From NCBI GenBank assembly GCA_963822945.1, contig CAWGJO010000020.1, positions 224,001 to 288,000 on the forward strand: a stretch of DNA of 64,000 bases. The letters are read 5' to 3'. The first letter of the stretch is position 1; each line of letters opens with the position of its first letter. The notes under the pieces were generated by a model, which was not told the origin of the DNA, made no database searches, and was given only the letters and a program-made list of their open reading frames with translations. The DNA is from an uncultured Gemmatimonadaceae bacterium. GTDB lineage: Bacteria > Gemmatimonadota > Gemmatimonadetes > Gemmatimonadales > Gemmatimonadaceae. The position numbers and the translations under genes are program-made. Below, piece by piece: positions 58,707 through 64,000 of the stretch.

Positions 58707-59641
58707 GTGCGCGTGCTCTTCTGGGGCACGCCTGAGTTCGCCACGCCGGCACTGCGGGCGCTGATCGGCGAGGGCTTCGACGTGGTCGGCGTGGTGACGC
58801 AGCCCGACCGGCCCGTGGGACGCTCGCGCTCGAAGGTCGAAGCCCCGCCGGTAAAGGAGATCGCCGAACGGGAGAACATCCCCGTGCTCCAACCGGAGCA
58901 CCCGCGCGGCGAGGGGTTCCGGGCGCGGATCACGGCGCTCGAGCCCGACGTCTCGGTAGTCGTGGCGTACGGCCACATCCTGCCCAGCGACATTATCGGC
59001 GTGCCGCGGCTGGGCACGTTGAACATCCACGCCTCGCTGCTCCCCACGCTGCGCGGCGCGGCGCCCATCCAGGCCGCCATCCGCGACGGCCTCACCGAGA
59101 CCGGCGTCTCGATCATGCGCATGGTGCCGAAGCTGGATGCGGGGCCGGTGCTGCTGCGCGCCGCCACGCCGATCTACGACGACGAAACGGCGGAGAACTC
59201 ACCCTCCGCCTCTCGGAGATGGGCGCGGCGGCGCTCATCGAGACCCTGGCGCTGCTCGAACTCGACGCGGCGCGCGAGGAACCGCAGGACGACGCGCGGG
59301 CGACGTACGCGCCGAAGATCGAGCGCGAGATGACCCGGGTGGATCGGGCCCTCCCCTCCGACGCCGTGGCCCGTCTGGTGCGCGCGTACGACCCGCGCCC
59401 CGGCGCGCTGACCACGCTCCAGGGCATCGAAGTCAAACTGTTCGGCGCCCGCCCCGTCGTCGGCGCGCGCGGTGCCGCCGGCGAGGTGGTGTCGATCGAC
59501 GACCAGGGCATGATCGTGGCCTGCGGCGATGGCGCCATTCAGCTCGCGTCGGTGCAACCGGCGGGAAAGCGCCGCATGGCGCCCGCCGACTGGCAGCGCG
59601 GCCGCGGCGTGGCCGCGGGCCAGCGGTTCGATACCGCCTGA
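58707..59641 (+). CDS. fmt: Methionyl-tRNA formyltransferase; apparent frameshift near 59187
   Basis: GTPEFA, TQPDRP, NIHASLLP and LDAG, then ATYAPKI and VQPAGKRRM in the next frame. Confidence 0.92.
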
Positions 59642-59751
59642 GCGGCGTCCGCCCGCCCCGCGGGCGATGCCGATCGTCGGCGGCGGGGCTATCTTTCGAA
59701 ACGCGCGGCGCTCCCGGCGCCGCCCCGCTGGACTCTCACGCGACGCACCTT

Positions 59752-61113
59752 ATGGCAGGTCAGCACCACCCAGCACACGGCAACGCCACGCTCCCCCGGC
59801 CCACGCCGGTGACCGACGCCCGCCTCGTCGCCGCCGCCGTCTGCGCCGATCTCCGCCGCGGCGAACTCCTCGACACGACGTTCGACCGCCGCACGGCGCT
59901 GCTCGACGCCCGTGACCGCCGGTGGACCCGCGAGTTGGTGTACGGCATGCTCCGCACGCGCGGCCGCCTCGACGCCCTGCTCGCCGAGCGCGTGCGCGGC
60001 GGACTCGGCCGCCTCGATCCGGAGCTGCTCGATCTCCTGCGCCTCGGCAGCTATCAGTTACTCGAGATGGGCAGCGTCCCCGCGTATGCCGCCATCGCGC
60101 AGACCGTCGAGCTGGCCAAGGAGCGCGCCGGCGAGGGAGCCGGCAAGCTGGCCAACGCCGTGTTGCGCCGTCTCGACCGGGAACACGACTCGCTCACGCT
60201 GCCGGCACCGGCCGACCCCGTGGACGCGCTCGCCGGCGAGTATTCGCATCCGGCGTGGCTGGTGGCCCGCTGGTTGGAACGCTGGGGGGAAGACGACACC
60301 CGCCGCCTGCTGGCCGCCAACAACACCGAGCCGCCCATCATCGCCCGCCCCGTGCACGTGGTGCGCGAGCAGCTCGAAGCGTCGCTCGAGGCGGCGGGGG
60401 TGCGCGTCGCCGATGCGCCGCTGGTGCCGGACAGCGTGGTCCTCACGCTCCCCGTGCCCGCCCTCACCGAGCTCGGCGCCTTCAAGCGCGGGCTGTTCCA
60501 CATTCAGGATCCCGCGGCGACACTGGTCACCCGGTACGCCGCCACACCGCCGGGTGCCGCCGTCGCCGATCTCTGTGCGGCGCCCGGCGGCAAGGCCATC
60601 GAATTGGCGCGCACCGCCGGCGCCGTGTTCGCGTCCGATGTCTCGCCGCACCGGCTGCAGCGATTGCGCGAGAACGTGCGCCGGCTCGAACTCGACAACA
60701 TCTTTGCCTATGCCGCCGACGCCTCCATGCCCGCCATTCGCCAGGTGGACGCCGTCCTGCTCGATGCGCCCTGCACCGGCACCGGCACGATGCGCCGCCA
60801 CCCCGATGCACGCTGGCGGCTGAAACCGTCCGACCTCGCGGTGATGACCTCCCTGCAGTGGATGTTGCTCTCGTCCGCCGCCACCCTCGTGAAGCCCGGA
60901 GGATTGCTCGTGTACAGCACCTGCTCGCTGGAGTTCGAGGAGAACGACGCCCCCGTCGATCGTTTCCTGGCCTCGCATCCCGAATGGCGGCTCGAGCCAC
61001 CTCCCCCGGGTGTCGTCCCCGACGGCGTGCTCGACGATGGACGGCTTCGCGTTCTGCCCCAGCGACACGGCACCGACGGCGCCTTCGCGGCGCGACTGCG
61101 GAGGGTGGCGTGA
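59752..61113 (+). CDS. rsmB: 16S rRNA m5C967 methyltransferase
   Basis: NusB-like N-terminal domain; DLCAAPGGK, DAPCTGTG and YSTCS motifs. Confidence 0.93.
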   Translation: MAGQHHPAHGNATLPRPTPVTDARLVAAAVCADLRRGELLDTTFDRRTALLDARDRRWTRELVYGMLRTRGRLDALLAERVRGGLGRLDPELLDLLRLGSYQLLEMGSVPAYAAIAQTVELAKERAGEGAGKLANAVLRRLDREHDSLTLPAPADPVDALAGEYSHPAWLVARWLERWGEDDTRRLLAANNTEPPIIARPVHVVREQLEASLEAAGVRVADAPLVPDSVVLTLPVPALTELGAFKRGLFHIQDPAATLVTRYAATPPGAAVADLCAAPGGKAIELARTAGAVFASDVSPHRLQRLRENVRRLELDNIFAYAADASMPAIRQVDAVLLDAPCTGTGTMRRHPDARWRLKPSDLAVMTSLQWMLLSSAATLVKPGGLLVYSTCSLEFEENDAPVDRFLASHPEWRLEPPPPGVVPDGVLDDGRLRVLPQRHGTDGAFAARLRRVA

Positions 61114-61850
61114 AGCAGCGCACCTGGTGGCAACGAATCTGGCCCTACCTCGCGGCGTCGGTCGGCGGGTTCGGCCTGGCGTGGGTGCTGGTGGCGGTGT
61201 ACGTGTTCCCCTCGGGCGCCGCGCCGGGCGACGCCAAGCTGCCCAACGTGGTGGGGCTCAGCTTCGACGTGGCCAGCCAGCGGCTGCAACAGGCCGGGTT
61301 CAAGGCCCAGCGCGGCGAGATGCGCTTCGAGAACGCGGCGCCGAAGATGAGCGTGCTCCAGATGACGCCCAACGAGGGCACCGCCCAGCCGCTCGGCTCC
61401 ACGGTAGTGCTCGACCTCAGCAACGGGCCGCGCACGGCCGCCGTGCCCAACCTGTTCGGGATGCTCCCCGCGCGCGCCGACTCGGCGCTCACCGCCGCCG
61501 GCTTCAGCATCGCGCCCGACACCGTGTTGCAGGCCAGCAACCAGCCGGTGGGCAGCGTCATCCAGACGCGCCCCGCGGCGGGATCGCGTGCCGTGGTTCC
61601 GTCGGCGGTTACGCTGGTGCTGAGCGCCGGCCCCGCCACGATCGCGGTGCCCGATCTGTCCGGGCGGACGATCGTCGAGGCGCGCATCCTGCTCGAACAG
61701 TTGGGGCTGGCCCTCGGCGACGTTACGATTCTCAGCGGCGGGGGAAACCAGGACCTGGCTTCGGTGGTGAAACAGAATCCCACCGAGGGGACGCTCGTCC
61801 CGGCCGGCACCCGCGTGACCGTGAGCGTCTCGGGAGGGACCGCTCCATGA
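61110..61850 (+). CDS. Membrane-anchored protein with three PASTA domains and no kinase domain
   Basis: N-terminal TM helix; LPNVVG, VPNLFG and VPDLSG repeats, each ending V.L..S.G. Confidence 0.88.
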   Translation: MKQRTWWQRIWPYLAASVGGFGLAWVLVAVYVFPSGAAPGDAKLPNVVGLSFDVASQRLQQAGFKAQRGEMRFENAAPKMSVLQMTPNEGTAQPLGSTVVLDLSNGPRTAAVPNLFGMLPARADSALTAAGFSIAPDTVLQASNQPVGSVIQTRPAAGSRAVVPSAVTLVLSAGPATIAVPDLSGRTIVEARILLEQLGLALGDVTILSGGGNQDLASVVKQNPTEGTLVPAGTRVTVSVSGGTAP

Positions 61851-62512
61851 CCGTTCGGATCGTTCCATCGCTGCTCGCCGCCGACTTCTCCGCTCTGGCC
61901 GACCAGGTAGCGCTGTGCGTCGAGGGGGGCGCCGACTGGCTTCACATCGACGTCATGGACGGCCGGTTCGTCCCCCCGATCACCTTCGGTGCCAAGATCA
62001 TCGAGGCCGTGCGCAAGTGCACCGAGCTTCCCCTCGACGTGCACCTGATGGTGGTGGAGCCGGAGAAGCATTTCCAGACGTTCGCCGCGGCGGGCGCCAA
62101 CGGCCTCACCCTGCACGCCGAGGTCGCGCCGCACCTGCAGCGCCAGCTCTCGCACATCCGCGAACTGGGGTGCCGTGCCGGCGCAGCAATCAATCCGTCC
62201 ACGCCGCTCTCGGCCGTCGGCGAGGTATTGGACGATCTCGACCTGCTGCTGGTGATGACGGTGAACCCCGGATACGGGGGCCAGGCGTTCATTCCCCACT
62301 CGCTGGACAAGATCCGCCGGGCGCGGCGTCTACTGAACGACTCGCACAGCGCGGCGCTGCTCGAAGTGGATGGCGGGATCAGCCGCGACACCATCGGCGA
62401 CGTCTGGCGCGCCGGTGCCGATACGTTCGTCGCCGGACATGCCGTGTTCTCGGCCGGCGACCCCAAAGCAGAGATCGGCGTTCTGCGCCGTGCATGTGAG
62501 GTGAAGGTATGA
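61847..62512 (+). CDS. rpe: Ribulose-phosphate 3-epimerase
   Basis: HIDVMDGRFVP, DVHLM, MTVNPGYGGQ and EVDGG motifs. Confidence 0.96.
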   Translation: MTVRIVPSLLAADFSALADQVALCVEGGADWLHIDVMDGRFVPPITFGAKIIEAVRKCTELPLDVHLMVVEPEKHFQTFAAAGANGLTLHAEVAPHLQRQLSHIRELGCRAGAAINPSTPLSAVGEVLDDLDLLLVMTVNPGYGGQAFIPHSLDKIRRARRLLNDSHSAALLEVDGGISRDTIGDVWRAGADTFVAGHAVFSAGDPKAEIGVLRRACEVKV

Positions 62513-63108
62513 CCGTCAAACAACAGTGGGCCATCGTGTTCGGCGCCATCGTCCTCCTGGGCGCGGGGTCGTTCGCGTTCCAGCGCGCGTACGGAACCAA
62601 AGTGGAGCAGGTCGCCATCGGCGCGCCCGCCCCGCCGTTCACTGCGTATACCGTGGACGGCACCCACCGGGCCGTGGGCCTGGCCGATTACAGGGGCGAC
62701 GTCACGATTCTCAACGTCTGGGCCACCTGGTGCGGTCCATGCAAGGCGGAGATGCCCACGCTCGAGCACCTGTACGAGATGTTCAAGCCGGATGGGCTGA
62801 AGATCGTCGCCGTGAGCATCGACGAGACCGCGACCGACGATTCGGTGCGGACGTATGCGAAGAACATGGGGCTCACCTTCGACATCCTGCACGATCCGCA
62901 GTACCGGATCGAGGGCGCGTACCAGGTGGTGGGCTATCCCTCATCGTACGTGATCGATCGTGACGGCGTGATCCGAAAGGTGTGGCTCGGCGCCGCCGAC
63001 TGGACGTCGCCCGGCAACATCGCGCTCGTGCGCAGCCTGCTCGGGCTTCCCGCGTCGGCCGCCGAACGCAACGCGCCGACCGGTGGCGCCGTCGCAGCGG
63101 CTCCCTGA
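62509..63108 (+). CDS. TlpA/ResA-family thiol-disulfide oxidoreductase
   Basis: TM anchor and NVWATWCGPCKAEMP motif. Confidence 0.92.
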   Translation: MTVKQQWAIVFGAIVLLGAGSFAFQRAYGTKVEQVAIGAPAPPFTAYTVDGTHRAVGLADYRGDVTILNVWATWCGPCKAEMPTLEHLYEMFKPDGLKIVAVSIDETATDDSVRTYAKNMGLTFDILHDPQYRIEGAYQVVGYPSSYVIDRDGVIRKVWLGAADWTSPGNIALVRSLLGLPASAAERNAPTGGAVAAAP

Positions 63109-63115
63109 TGGCCGC

Positions 63116-63544
63116 ATGACCGCGCAGACGCGGTGGCGCCGGCGGCTGGCGCAAGCGCTCACCGACCGGCTGGGCCTCAAGGTCGTGGCGCTCGCCTTCG
63201 CGCTCGTGCTCTGGTTCATCGCCACGTCCAAGGAGCCGACCGAGGAGATCGTGCCGGTGCGCCTGGCGCTCACGCTGGACAGCGGCGAGGTGCTGCGCGA
63301 TCCGCCTCCCGAGGTGCGGGCCCTGGTGGCCGGCGAGGGGAAGGAGATCTTCGCGCTGTATGCCTCGCCGCCGGTGATCCGCCGCGACGTTCCGGGCGGC
63401 GCCGACTCGACCACCCTCACGTTGCGCGCCGGGGACGTGCAGATCCCGCCGAACGTCACGGTGCTCGTGCGCGACGTGCAGCCCCGCACGGTGCTCCTGC
63501 ATCTGGCCCCGCAACGCCTACCCGCCGACTCCACCCGCCGGTGA
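63116..63544 (+). CDS. Short YbbR/CdaR-like membrane protein
   Basis: LGLKVVALAFALVLWF anchor followed by one YbbR-like beta domain. Confidence 0.6.
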   Translation: MTAQTRWRRRLAQALTDRLGLKVVALAFALVLWFIATSKEPTEEIVPVRLALTLDSGEVLRDPPPEVRALVAGEGKEIFALYASPPVIRRDVPGGADSTTLTLRAGDVQIPPNVTVLVRDVQPRTVLLHLAPQRLPADSTRR

Positions 63545-64000
63545 GCGTCATCCTCGGCATCGAGACCTCGTGCGACGAGACGTCGGCCGCCGTCATCCGG
63601 GGCGCCGGCGATGATGTATCGCTCGATTCGCTGGTGATCCTCTCGCAGGACGTCCACCGCGTGTTCGGCGGCGTCGTACCGGAGATCGCCTCGCGCGCGC
63701 ACCTTGCCAGCATCGTGCCGGTGGTGCAGCGCGCACTGGACGATGCCGGCGTGACCGGCGCCGACCTGGACGCCGTGGCCGTGACCAACGGCCCGGGGCT
63801 GGTGGGCGCGCTGCTCGTGGGCGTGAGCTTCGGCAAGGCGCTCGCCTACGCAGTCGGCGCGCCGCTGCTCGGCGTGCACCACATGGAGGGGCACCTGTTC
63901 GCCACGGCCCTGGAGACCCCCGAGGCCGTCCCGCCGTTCACCGCACTGCTCGTGTCGGGCGGGCACACCCTGCTCATCGACGTCGAGGCGTGGGGACGCT
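63541..64000 (+). CDS. tsaD: tRNA threonylcarbamoyltransferase TsaD (partial)
   Basis: Manual translation: ILGIETSCDETSAA, GGVVPEIASRAH, GPGLVGAL, HHMEGH and LLVSGGHT. Confidence 0.95.
   Translation, partial: MSVILGIETSCDETSAAVIRGAGDDVSLDSLVILSQDVHRVFGGVVPEIASRAHLASIVPVVQRALDDAGVTGADLDAVAVTNGPGLVGALLVGVSFGKALAYAVGAPLLGVHHMEGHLFATALETPEAVPPFTALLVSGGHTLLIDVEAWGR

Noticed and set aside
56639..59641. Programmed frameshifting in tgt, def and fmt
   Set aside because: There are no slippery sequences or stimulatory structures, and similar indels are scattered through unrelated genes, which fits sequencing error.
728..61868. Many long antisense or alternate-frame ORFs (e.g. 728..2368 +, 5892..8018 +, 30978..33275 -, 38512..40653 +)
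   Set aside because: These are shadow ORFs expected at ~70% GC. They overlap well-supported genes and have Arg/Gly/Pro-rich, motif-free translations.

Overview
A GC-rich (roughly 70%) bacterial chromosome segment. The gene content (ADOP-type permeases, tandem 'RIEQAVDAIAVEVERISEGQRF' small proteins, LPS/outer-membrane genes) fits Gemmatimonadota; this assignment is inference. Most of the window is housekeeping: tRNA-Arg(CCG)-rho-ruvX-mltG-rlmI, mutM, tdh-kbl, ilvE, PBP1A, tyrS, msbA-lpxL, and yebC-ruvCA-(aminotransferase)-ruvB-queA-tgt-yajC-def-fmt-rsmB-PASTA-rpe-tlpA-ybbR-tsaD. I see no integrase, transposase, phage gene or CRISPR array. Single-base indels break several genes, including the core genes def, fmt and tgt, which points to long-read assembly errors. 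The most notable observations are: (1) a ~440-bp element between ruvB and queA made of two oppositely oriented 16-bp tandem arrays around a 120-bp core; (2) a sigma54 two-component envelope module (histidine kinase, two PspB-like paralogues, NtrC-type regulator, bactofilin/beta-barrel fusion, DUF4390-like protein) whose putative enhancer plus -24/-12 promoter layout recurs in front of an unannotated 51-aa ORF; (3) a 62-aa histone-H1-like protein behind a ~440-nt structured leader; (4) an sxtI/J/K/L-like carbamoylation cassette; (5) a DnaB protein reduced to its ATPase domain; (6) a kinase-less PASTA protein at the Firmicute prkC position.
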